The translations under genes were made by a program, and so were the position numbers. Below the pieces are notes generated by a model that worked only from the letters and a program-made list of their open reading frames with translations, was not told the origin of the DNA and searched no databases. This document shows, piece by piece, positions 1 to 7,714 of a stretch of 32,000 nucleotides of DNA; position 1 is the first letter of the stretch; each line of letters begins with the position of its first letter. Location: positions 2,940,001 through 2,972,000 of the forward strand of contig NZ_LN831024.1 of NCBI RefSeq assembly GCF_001457615.1. Reading direction: 5' to 3'. This DNA is from Pseudomonas aeruginosa (GTDB taxonomy: Bacteria > Pseudomonadota > Gammaproteobacteria > Pseudomonadales > Pseudomonadaceae).

Positions 1-1
1 G

Positions 2-106
2 CTGCAAGCCGCGGCGCGACGCATCCACCGCTTGCTGTTCGACGAGGGCGGCGAACCGACGGCGGCCGCGACCCTCGACTTCGCCGATATCCGGCTGGCC
101 CATTGA
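2..106 (+). CDS. 3' end of a CDS entering from upstream (…LDFADIRLAH*); possibly the ATPase of the adjacent ABC transporter
   Basis: Frame is open from the window edge to TGA at 104-106, 17 nt before the next gene's ATG. Function is guessed from context only. Confidence 0.35.
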   Translation: MQAAARRIHRLLFDEGGEPTAAATLDFADIRLAH

Positions 107-122
107 GCAGAGGAATCGATCG

Positions 123-989
123 ATGAGTCGAGTCACGCGCGTTCGCGAAGAATACGAAGTCCAGCTCGAACCCCTGCTGGAGGTCTCCCTGGAGCGGCGC
201 CTGCCCCTGAGCCAGCGTCTCTGGCAACAGGGCTGGCTGCGCAAGGGGCTGATCCTGGCGCTGCTGGCGCTGGCCTGGGAGCTGGCGGCGCGGGTCCAGG
301 GCAACGACCTGCTGCTGCCAGGCTTCCTGCAGACGGCCAGGGCCCTCGGCGAGGGCCTGGCCAGCGGCGAACTGCCGGCCAAGGCGGGGATCTCCCTGCT
401 GGTGCTGTTCAAGGGCTACCTGCTGGGGATCGTCCTGGCCTTCGTTCTGACCAGCCTGGCGGTCTCCACGCAGTTGGGCCGCGACCTGCTCGGGACCCTC
501 ACGGCGATGTTCAACCCGCTGCCGGCGATCGCGCTGCTGCCGCTGGCGCTGCTCTGGTTCGGCCTGGGCCAGAACAGCCTGATCTTCGTGCTGGTGCATT
601 CGGTGCTCTGGGCGCTGGCGCTGAACACCTATGCCGGTTTCCTCGGTGTCTCGGAGACCCTGCGTATGGCAGGGCGCAACTACGGCCTGCGTGGCCTGCG
701 CTTCGTCCTCCTGATCCTGGTGCCGGCGGCGCTGCCGTCGATTCTCGCCGGGCTGAAGATCGGCTGGGCCTTCGCCTGGCGCACGCTGATCGCCGCGGAA
801 CTGGTGTTCGGCGCGAGCAGCGGCAAGGGCGGGCTCGGCTGGTACATTTTCCAGAACCGCAACGAGCTGTACACCGACAAGGTATTCGCCGGCCTGGCCG
901 TGGTGGTGCTGATCGGCCTGCTGGTGGAGAACCTGGTGTTCGGCAGCATCGAGCGCCTCACGGTGAAGCGCTGGGGAGTGCAACGCTAG
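123..989 (+). CDS. ABC transporter permease, nitrate/sulfonate/taurine (SsuC/TauC-like) family
   Basis: 288-aa ORF with RBS GAGGA at 111-115. Multiple hydrophobic helices and an EAA-type loop (SETLRMAGRNYGLRGLRFVLLILVPAALPSIL) typical of this permease family. Confidence 0.85.
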   Translation: MSRVTRVREEYEVQLEPLLEVSLERRLPLSQRLWQQGWLRKGLILALLALAWELAARVQGNDLLLPGFLQTARALGEGLASGELPAKAGISLLVLFKGYLLGIVLAFVLTSLAVSTQLGRDLLGTLTAMFNPLPAIALLPLALLWFGLGQNSLIFVLVHSVLWALALNTYAGFLGVSETLRMAGRNYGLRGLRFVLLILVPAALPSILAGLKIGWAFAWRTLIAAELVFGASSGKGGLGWYIFQNRNELYTDKVFAGLAVVVLIGLLVENLVFGSIERLTVKRWGVQR

Positions 990-1098
990 GGCGGCGGACG
1001 GGTGGAGTGTTACGGCAACTTTCTCGGCAACTGTTGCGCTGGCGCGGCGGCAAAGCGGAGTAACGTCTTGCCCGCACCCACTTCAAAGGATGGAACGA

Positions 1099-1716
1099 AT
1101 GTCGCTCTCCGTGGATCTGCTGCTGGCGTTCTCCCTGTTCGCCTTCGTCACCTCCGTCACGCCCGGTCCGAACAACACCATGTTGCTGGCCTCGGGGGTC
1201 AACTTCGGTTTCGTCCGCTCCATCCCGCACATCCTCGGGATCAGTTGCGGCTTCTTCATCATGGTGATGGCGGTGGGCTTCGGCCTGGGCACGGTGTTCG
1301 AGGCCTATCCGGTGCTGTACACCATCCTGCGCTACGTCGGCGCGGCCTACCTGCTGTACCTGGCCTGGAAGATCGCCACGTCCGGCCCGGCCGGCAACGA
1401 CCCGGAGGGACGTGGCAAGCCGTTGAGCTACTGGGGCGCGGCGGCGTTCCAGTGGGTCAACCCGAAGGCCTGGGTGATGGCGGTCGGCGCCATAAGCACC
1501 TATACGCCGTTGCAGGGCTACTTCACCAACGTGGTGGTGATCTCGACGGTATTTGCCCTGATCAACGCGCCGACCATCGGAATCTGGGCCGGTTTCGGCA
1601 GCATGCTGCGCAACGTGCTGCGCGATCCGCGCTGGCTGAGGGTGTTCAACGTAGGGATGGCGCTGCTGTTGGTCGCGTCGCTGTACCCGATCCTCGCGGA
1701 AAGCCATTCGGCCTGA
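1099..1716 (+). CDS. ambA: LysE/RhtB-family amino-acid exporter AmbA
   Basis: Family signature FVTSVTPGPNNTMLLASG near the N-terminus and about 6 TM segments. ATG 1099 is preferred over the ORF-track ATG 1090 because AAGGA (1086-1090) is correctly spaced only for 1099. It sits directly upstream of the amb NRPS genes. Confidence 0.85.
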   Translation: MSLSVDLLLAFSLFAFVTSVTPGPNNTMLLASGVNFGFVRSIPHILGISCGFFIMVMAVGFGLGTVFEAYPVLYTILRYVGAAYLLYLAWKIATSGPAGNDPEGRGKPLSYWGAAAFQWVNPKAWVMAVGAISTYTPLQGYFTNVVVISTVFALINAPTIGIWAGFGSMLRNVLRDPRWLRVFNVGMALLLVASLYPILAESHSA

Positions 1717-1728
1717 CCTGTCACCACC

Positions 1729-1744
1729 CTATCAATTGTATTAG
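1729..1744. promoter_or_regulatory. Candidate lux-type (LasR/RhlR-like) box CTATCAATTGTATTAG upstream of ambB
   Basis: CT-N12-AG architecture centred about 76 bp upstream of the ambB ATG. It matches 12/16 positions of the box upstream of chiC at 14732-14747 (shared CTnnCAATTGTnnTAG). Confidence 0.35.
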
Positions 1745-1811
1745 CTCGTAACTCGTCGCCATTTCGTGAAGAGTTTTTCGCTCGGTGCCCAGCCTCGGAA
1801 GGGGGAGAGCG

Positions 1812-4800
1812 ATGCAGGAGCGACATGGCTTACCGTTACGCAGCTTTTCGTCGGGCAAGGCGCTGACCGCGGGACGCGCAGTGCGCCCGGAGGTTGCGCA
1901 GGAGCGGCGCTACCTGCAAGGCGCCCCGCTGGGGCTGGAGTTGCCGGGACGAATCGCCTTGCGCGACCCGCATTGCGCCTGGCAATGGTTCGAGCCGGAG
2001 GCGGCCGCGGAAGCGTTCCCGGCGGCGCACTGGCTGGCGGCGTTCCTGGTACTGCTGGGACGCTACGGCAACGAAGAGATCACCCTGGGCTTTCCCGAGC
2101 CGATCACGGTTCGCGGGCGGCAGGCGCCCGCGCTGCTGCGTTCCGCCTACCGGGCGATGGAGTCGTCCGCCGAACGTAGCGCGCGGCTGGCGGAAGAACT
2201 CGATGACGCCCGGCGGCAGCTATCCGCCGACGGCCAGGAGCGCGCCGCCCTGGCCGGGTGCTGCGCGGTCCAGGTGCTGGCGGCGCGGCCAACGGCGAGC
2301 AGCCCCGGCTGGCTGGCCCTGGTGCTGGCGGCGGACGGCAGCGTCGGCCTGGCTCTGCGCGATCCCCAGTACGACGAATTGCGGCGTATCGCCGGCCATC
2401 TCGCGCGCCTGGCGCGCGGCCTGGTCGACGCCCAGGCCTGCGTCGGCCGGCTGCCCTGGCTGGACGCCGACGAAGAGCGCCGTTTGCAGGCCCTGCGCAG
2501 CGAGCCCCAGGCCGCCCCGTCGCGCGGCGTACTCCACCATCTGTTCGAGGCCCAGGCGCGGCGCACACCGCAGCGCATCGCCGTGCACGCCGCCGACCGT
2601 AGCCTCAGCTATGCCGAGCTGGAGCGCGAAAGCGCCGCGCTCGCCGTGCGCCTGCGCGCCGCCGGGGTGGCTCCGGAGCAGCGGGTCGGGGTCTGCCTGC
2701 GGCGCGACAGCGGCCTGCTGGTCGGCCTGCTTGGCGTGCTCCGCGCCGGCGGTTGCTACGTCCCGCTGGACCCGGCCTATCCGGAGGAGCGGGTGGCCTA
2801 CATGCTCGACGACGCCGACTGCCTGCTGGTGCTGGTCGACGCGAGCACCCGCGAGCGGGTCGCCGCGCTGGGCCGGCCATGCCTGACGCTGGAGGAGGGC
2901 GGCGACCAGGCGAACGACCTGGCGCTGCCCGCGAGCGAGGTCGGCGCCGACCACCTCGCCTACATCATCTACACCTCCGGTTCCACCGGACGCCCCAAGG
3001 GCGTCGCCATCGAGCACGGCAGCGCCCATGCCTTCCTGCGCTGGGCCGGCCAGCACTATGCCGCCGAAGAATGGAGCGGGGTACTGGCGGCGACCTCGGT
3101 GTGCTTCGACCTGTCGGTCTACGAGCTGTTCGGCACCCTGGCCGAAGGCGGCACGCTGCACCTGGTGGAAAACCTGTTCAGCCTGCCGGACTACCCGCGC
3201 CGCGACGAGATCAGCCTGCTCAATACCGTGCCCTCGGTGTGTGCCGCGCTGCTCGCCCTCGGCGACCTGCCGGGCGGGGTGCGCACGCTGAACCTGGCCG
3301 GCGAACCGCTGCGCGGCCACCTGGTGCGACAGATTCGTGGCCAACCCCAGGTACGGCGCCTGGTCAATCTCTACGGGCCGACCGAGGACACCACCTATTC
3401 GACGGCGCACGAACTGGACCTGCACGCCGAAGCGCTCGACGAGCCGCCCATCGGCCGACCGCTGCCCGGCACCACGGTGGAGGTGCTCGACGGCTTCGAG
3501 GCGCCGCTGCCGCTGGGCGTGGCCGGGGAGCTGTACCTCGGCGGCATCGGCCTGGCGCGTGGCTATTTCGGCAAGCCGGAGCAGACCGCCGAGCGTTTCC
3601 GCGTCGATCCGGGCAGCGGCGAGCGCCGCTATCGCACCGGCGACCGCGTACGCATGCGCGAGGACGGCGTGCTGGAACACCTCGGCCGGCTCGACGACCA
3701 GGTCAAGTTCAACGGCTTCCGCATCGAGCTGGGCGAGATCGCCTCGTGCCTGGCGAGTTTTCCCGGGGTGAGCGAAGCCTGCGCCATGCTCACCGAGGAC
3801 AGCGCCGGCCTGCGTCGGCTGGTCGGCTACCTGGCGGCGCCGTTCGCCCCGCCGCTCCAGGCGCTGAACGAGCACCTTGGGCAAAGTCTGCCGCACTACA
3901 TGTTGCCGTCAGCGTTCGTGGTCCTGGCGGAGCTGCCCAAGACGCTCAACGGCAAGATCGACCGCAAGGCCCTGCCGCGTCCCCAGGCGACCGGCGCCGA
4001 GCCCCAGGCGCTGCCCAGCGATCCGCTGGAGCAGGCGCTACACCAGGCCTGGCAGGCGCAGCTTGGTGCGCCGCCGCGCGCCGGACAGGGCTTCTACGCC
4101 GCCGGCGGCGATTCCCTGCGGGCGGTGCACCTGCTCGCGACGCTGCGCCAGCGACTGTCCCGACGCGTACCGTTGCAGGCGTTCGCCGGTGGCCCGGCGA
4201 CCCCCGAGGCCCTGCTGGAACTGCTGCGCCAGGCCGCGCCCGAGGGCGACGAGCCGGAGCCGAGCGCCGGCGCCGCCGGGCTGAGCCTCGCCGAACGGCG
4301 CCTGTGGGTGGCCCAGCAACTGGCGCCGGAGGACACCTCCTACAACCTGCTGGCCCACCTGCGCATAGTCGGCGCCACGGCCGACGCCATCGAACAGGCC
4401 TTGCGCCAGTTGCTGGAACGGCATGTGGCGCTGCGCCGGCGTGTCGAAACGGGCGTCGACGGGCCGCAGCCGCATGCGCTGGCGGCGCATGCGGTGCCCC
4501 TGCAACGCCTGCTGGCGAGCGACGCCGTCCACGCCGAGCGGTTGCTGGAGGATGGCGTGCGCCGTGAGGGCGCGCGAGTCTTCGACCTCGCCCACGAGGC
4601 GCCGGCACGCCTGCTGCTGGTCGTCACCCGCGACAGCGCGCGCGCCGACCTCCTGCTCAGCGTCCATCACTACGCCTTCGACGATGTGTCGCTGGCGGTC
4701 TTTGCCGCGGAACTGAAGACGCTGCTCGATGGCGGTCGCCTGGGCGTGCTCGCCAGTACGCCGGAACAGGTTGCCGCCCGCGAGCGCGCGGCGTTGGCCT

Positions 4801-5561
4801 CGGGACGCCTGGACCGTGTCGCCGAGCGCTGGGCTGAGCGTTTGTTGCCGCTGGCGAAGGCTCCCGGCGCCGCGCCGGCGCGCCCGGAGGAGAGCGGCGG
4901 GCGCGCCGGCCAACGCCTCGCCCTGCCGGTTTCCGCCGCCGTCCATGCCGTCTGCCGGGCGCTGGCCGAACGCACCTCGGTAAGCCCGTTCAGTGCTGCG
5001 CTACAGGCCTTCGCCGAAGTGCTCGGCGCCGAACTGGGCGTCGACGACCTGCTCGTCGGCGTGGCCCTGGCCGGGCGTTCGCGCCTGGAAATGCAGGGGC
5101 TGGTCGGCTGCTTCGTCAACCTCCTGCCGCTGGCGGTCGGCCTGCGTCCGGAGCAGTCCGTGGAGTGGCGCCTGCGCCAGGTCGGCCATGATCTGCTGGA
5201 ACTGCTCGAACACCAGGACGTGCCCCTCGAATGCGTGACCCAGGCCCTGAGCCAGCGCGGCGCCAGCGGCCTGCCGATCCGCATCGCCTGCGGCGCGCAC
5301 AACGGTCGGGCGGCCCCGGCGGTGGATGCCGGGGTGCGCGTCGAAGCCGACTTCATCCCGGTGCCTGGCGCGCGCCTGGACCTGACGCTGTGGCTGGAAG
5401 ACCAGCCGCAGGGTTGGCTGGCCGTCTGGACCGGGGTCAGCGCGATCTTCGACCTGCACCGCATCGAGCGCCTGCACCAGGCCTGGGAGCGGCGCCTGCT
5501 GGCGAATGCCGGCGAACCTATCTCGAAACGCATGTCGCCGGAGGGCTGCAACGCTTCCTGA
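1812..5561 (+). CDS. ambB: Non-ribosomal peptide synthetase AmbB (C-remnant, A, T, C)
   Basis: A-domain cores are present: LSYAELE, YIIYTSGSTGRPKG (about 2959-3000), NLYGPTE, GELYLGGIGLARGY, YRTGD and GRLDDQVKFNGFRIELGEI. The carrier motif is GGDSL (about 4099-4113) and the C-domain motif is HHYAFDDVS (4665-4691). ATG 1812 with RBS GGGGGAGAG is preferred over ORF-track start 1785. Confidence 0.95.
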   Translation: MQERHGLPLRSFSSGKALTAGRAVRPEVAQERRYLQGAPLGLELPGRIALRDPHCAWQWFEPEAAAEAFPAAHWLAAFLVLLGRYGNEEITLGFPEPITVRGRQAPALLRSAYRAMESSAERSARLAEELDDARRQLSADGQERAALAGCCAVQVLAARPTASSPGWLALVLAADGSVGLALRDPQYDELRRIAGHLARLARGLVDAQACVGRLPWLDADEERRLQALRSEPQAAPSRGVLHHLFEAQARRTPQRIAVHAADRSLSYAELERESAALAVRLRAAGVAPEQRVGVCLRRDSGLLVGLLGVLRAGGCYVPLDPAYPEERVAYMLDDADCLLVLVDASTRERVAALGRPCLTLEEGGDQANDLALPASEVGADHLAYIIYTSGSTGRPKGVAIEHGSAHAFLRWAGQHYAAEEWSGVLAATSVCFDLSVYELFGTLAEGGTLHLVENLFSLPDYPRRDEISLLNTVPSVCAALLALGDLPGGVRTLNLAGEPLRGHLVRQIRGQPQVRRLVNLYGPTEDTTYSTAHELDLHAEALDEPPIGRPLPGTTVEVLDGFEAPLPLGVAGELYLGGIGLARGYFGKPEQTAERFRVDPGSGERRYRTGDRVRMREDGVLEHLGRLDDQVKFNGFRIELGEIASCLASFPGVSEACAMLTEDSAGLRRLVGYLAAPFAPPLQALNEHLGQSLPHYMLPSAFVVLAELPKTLNGKIDRKALPRPQATGAEPQALPSDPLEQALHQAWQAQLGAPPRAGQGFYAAGGDSLRAVHLLATLRQRLSRRVPLQAFAGGPATPEALLELLRQAAPEGDEPEPSAGAAGLSLAERRLWVAQQLAPEDTSYNLLAHLRIVGATADAIEQALRQLLERHVALRRRVETGVDGPQPHALAAHAVPLQRLLASDAVHAERLLEDGVRREGARVFDLAHEAPARLLLVVTRDSARADLLLSVHHYAFDDVSLAVFAAELKTLLDGGRLGVLASTPEQVAARERAALASGRLDRVAERWAERLLPLAKAPGAAPARPEESGGRAGQRLALPVSAAVHAVCRALAERTSVSPFSAALQAFAEVLGAELGVDDLLVGVALAGRSRLEMQGLVGCFVNLLPLAVGLRPEQSVEWRLRQVGHDLLELLEHQDVPLECVTQALSQRGASGLPIRIACGAHNGRAAPAVDAGVRVEADFIPVPGARLDLTLWLEDQPQGWLAVWTGVSAIFDLHRIERLHQAWERRLLANAGEPISKRMSPEGCNAS

Positions 5562-5590
5562 CGACCCCGAGCCTCCCACGGAGAACAGCG

Positions 5591-6679
5591 ATGGAACGAA
5601 CAGCTCCCAGTCTCACCGGTCGCGGCTTCGCCCGGCCGCGCAATCTCAGCCCGCGCAGCAGCGAGGCGCTGGTGCGGCGCCCGGCGGCGGAGCGCGACGG
5701 CCTGCCGCTGCTGATCGAGGCACAGGCTCCCGGCCTGTCCCTGGCCGACTGGATTCGCGAGCAGGGCCAGTCCCTGCACGACGACCTGAACCTGGCTGGC
5801 GGCCTGTTGCTGAGAGGCTTCGAGGTCGACTCGGCAGAGCGCTTCCGCGCAGCCGCCGCTGCCTTCGCCCCGCAACTGCTCGACTACAAGGAGCGTTCCT
5901 CGCCGCGTAGCCAGGTCAGCGGCGAGGTCTACACCTCCACCGAGCATCCGGTGGACCAGCCGATCTTCCTGCATAACGAGCAGTCCTATACCGCCGACTG
6001 GCCGCTGTACATCATGTTCCATTGCCAGGTCGCGCCGCTCGAGGGCGGCGCCACCCCGGTGGCGGCCAACCGGCTGGTGCTCCGCCACCTGCCGGACGAA
6101 TTGCTGGAACGCTTCGGGCGCCTGGGCATCCTCTACGTGCGCAACTACCGCGCCGGCCTCGGCCTGTCCTGGCGCGAAGCGTTCCAGACCGACAGCCGCG
6201 CCGAGGTCGAGGCGTTCTGCGCTGAGCACCGGATCGCCCATGCCTGGATCGGCGACGAGCACCTGCGCACCTGGCAGAGGCGCGCGGCGTTCCAACGCCA
6301 CCCGTATACCGGCGAGCGCCTGTGGTTCAACCACGGCATGTTCTTCCATGCCACCAGTCTCGAGCCGGGCCTGCGCGATGCGCTGCTGCGCAGCGTCGCC
6401 GAGGAAGACCTGCCGTACCAGACCTACTACGGCGATGGCAGCCCGATCGAGGCGCAGACCCTGGCGACCATCCGCAGCGCCATAGACCGCGAGACGCGGC
6501 GCTTCGACTGGCGCGTGGGCGACGTGCTGATCCTCGACAACATGCTCGCCCAGCACGGCCGCGAGCCGTTCCGCGGGCCGCGACGGATCCTCACCATCAT
6601 GTCCACGCCGTATTCCAGCCTGGCGCCCGCCGACGTCCCGCCGACACCTTCGCGCCTGGCGCTCGGAGGTGCCGCATGA
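5591..6679 (+). CDS. ambC: TauD/TfdA-family Fe(II)/2-oxoglutarate-dependent oxygenase AmbC
   Basis: H-x-E facial-triad motif LHNEQSY (HNE at 5972-5980) and distal His in NMLAQHGREPF. ATG 5591 has RBS GGAGA. The ORF-track start 5231 lies inside ambB and is rejected. Confidence 0.92.
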   Translation: MERTAPSLTGRGFARPRNLSPRSSEALVRRPAAERDGLPLLIEAQAPGLSLADWIREQGQSLHDDLNLAGGLLLRGFEVDSAERFRAAAAAFAPQLLDYKERSSPRSQVSGEVYTSTEHPVDQPIFLHNEQSYTADWPLYIMFHCQVAPLEGGATPVAANRLVLRHLPDELLERFGRLGILYVRNYRAGLGLSWREAFQTDSRAEVEAFCAEHRIAHAWIGDEHLRTWQRRAAFQRHPYTGERLWFNHGMFFHATSLEPGLRDALLRSVAEEDLPYQTYYGDGSPIEAQTLATIRSAIDRETRRFDWRVGDVLILDNMLAQHGREPFRGPRRILTIMSTPYSSLAPADVPPTPSRLALGGAA

Positions 6680-7695
6680 GCGCCTCGTTCAGCGCGCCGC
6701 GCCTGCGCCCCCGGCAGCTCTCGGCCGGCGACCTGGTGGAGGAAAGCCTGCTCGACCCGGCCAACGACTACCTGCGCATCGTCCGCGCGCGCCAGCCGGG
6801 CATGGACCTGCGGCAATGGATCGCCGCCGCCGGCGCAGGGCTGCGCGACAGCCTGCTGCGGCATGGCGGCATCCTGTTTCGTGGCTTCGCGGTAGACGGA
6901 GCGGAGGGCTTCTCCCAGGCGGTACAAAGCTTTTCGCCGAACATGCTCGACTACCTGGAGCGCGCGGCGGCACGCCAGGAAGTGGCGCACCGGGTGTTCA
7001 CCTCCACCGAGTTCTCGCCGGACGGCTGGATTCCGCCGCACCACGAGATGTCCTACTCGCACAACTGGCCGAGCTATATCCACTTCTACTGCCAGACACC
7101 GCCCGCCACCCAGGGCCGCACGCCCCTGGCCGACGAGCGCCGGGTCAGCGCTCGGATACCCGAGGCGATCAGGCAGCGCTTCCTCCGCCATGGGGTGTGC
7201 TACGTGCGCAACTACGGGCCGGAGATCGACCTGACCTGGCAGGAAGGCTTCCAGACCGACAGTCGCGCCGAGGTCGAGGCCTACTGCCGGCAGACCGGTA
7301 CCCAATGGACCTGGCTCGACGACCAGCGCCTGAATACCCGCCAGGTACGCCAGGCGATGGTGCGCCACCCGCTCAGCGGCGAGACGCTGTGGTTCAACCA
7401 CGCGCACATGTTCCATGTCTCCAACATGCCGCCGGCCCTGGCCCGGGCCTTGCTCGACGAGGTCGGCGAACAGGGCCTGCCGCGCAACGCCTACTACGGC
7501 GACGGCAGCCCGATCGAGGCGGAGGTGCTGGACACCATCCGCGCCGCCTACCGCGAGGAAACCCGCGCGTTCGCCTGGGAGCGCGGCGATGTCCTGATGC
7601 TCGACAACTTCATCAGCGTCCACGGCCGCGAGCCGTACACCGGCGAGCGCAAGGTGCTGGTGGCGATGACCGACCTGCATGTCCACCAACCCTGA
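6676..7695 (+). CDS. ambD: TauD/TfdA-family Fe(II)/2-oxoglutarate-dependent oxygenase AmbD (paralogue of AmbC)
   Basis: The start ATG overlaps the ambC stop (ATGA at 6676-6679). Motifs are PPHHEMSY (7039-7047) and NFISVHGREPY. Clear paralogy to AmbC (GFQTDSRAEVEA, WFNH, YYGDGSPIEA). Confidence 0.92.
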   Translation: MSASFSAPRLRPRQLSAGDLVEESLLDPANDYLRIVRARQPGMDLRQWIAAAGAGLRDSLLRHGGILFRGFAVDGAEGFSQAVQSFSPNMLDYLERAAARQEVAHRVFTSTEFSPDGWIPPHHEMSYSHNWPSYIHFYCQTPPATQGRTPLADERRVSARIPEAIRQRFLRHGVCYVRNYGPEIDLTWQEGFQTDSRAEVEAYCRQTGTQWTWLDDQRLNTRQVRQAMVRHPLSGETLWFNHAHMFHVSNMPPALARALLDEVGEQGLPRNAYYGDGSPIEAEVLDTIRAAYREETRAFAWERGDVLMLDNFISVHGREPYTGERKVLVAMTDLHVHQP

Positions 7696-7714
7696 ACCCG
7701 TGCGAGGGATAGCC

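Noticed and set aside
958-1751. ORFs 958-1707 (-) and 1002-1751 (+) overlapping ambA
   Set aside because: Only the 1090/1099-1716 frame gives a LysE-type membrane protein. The others are frame artefacts.
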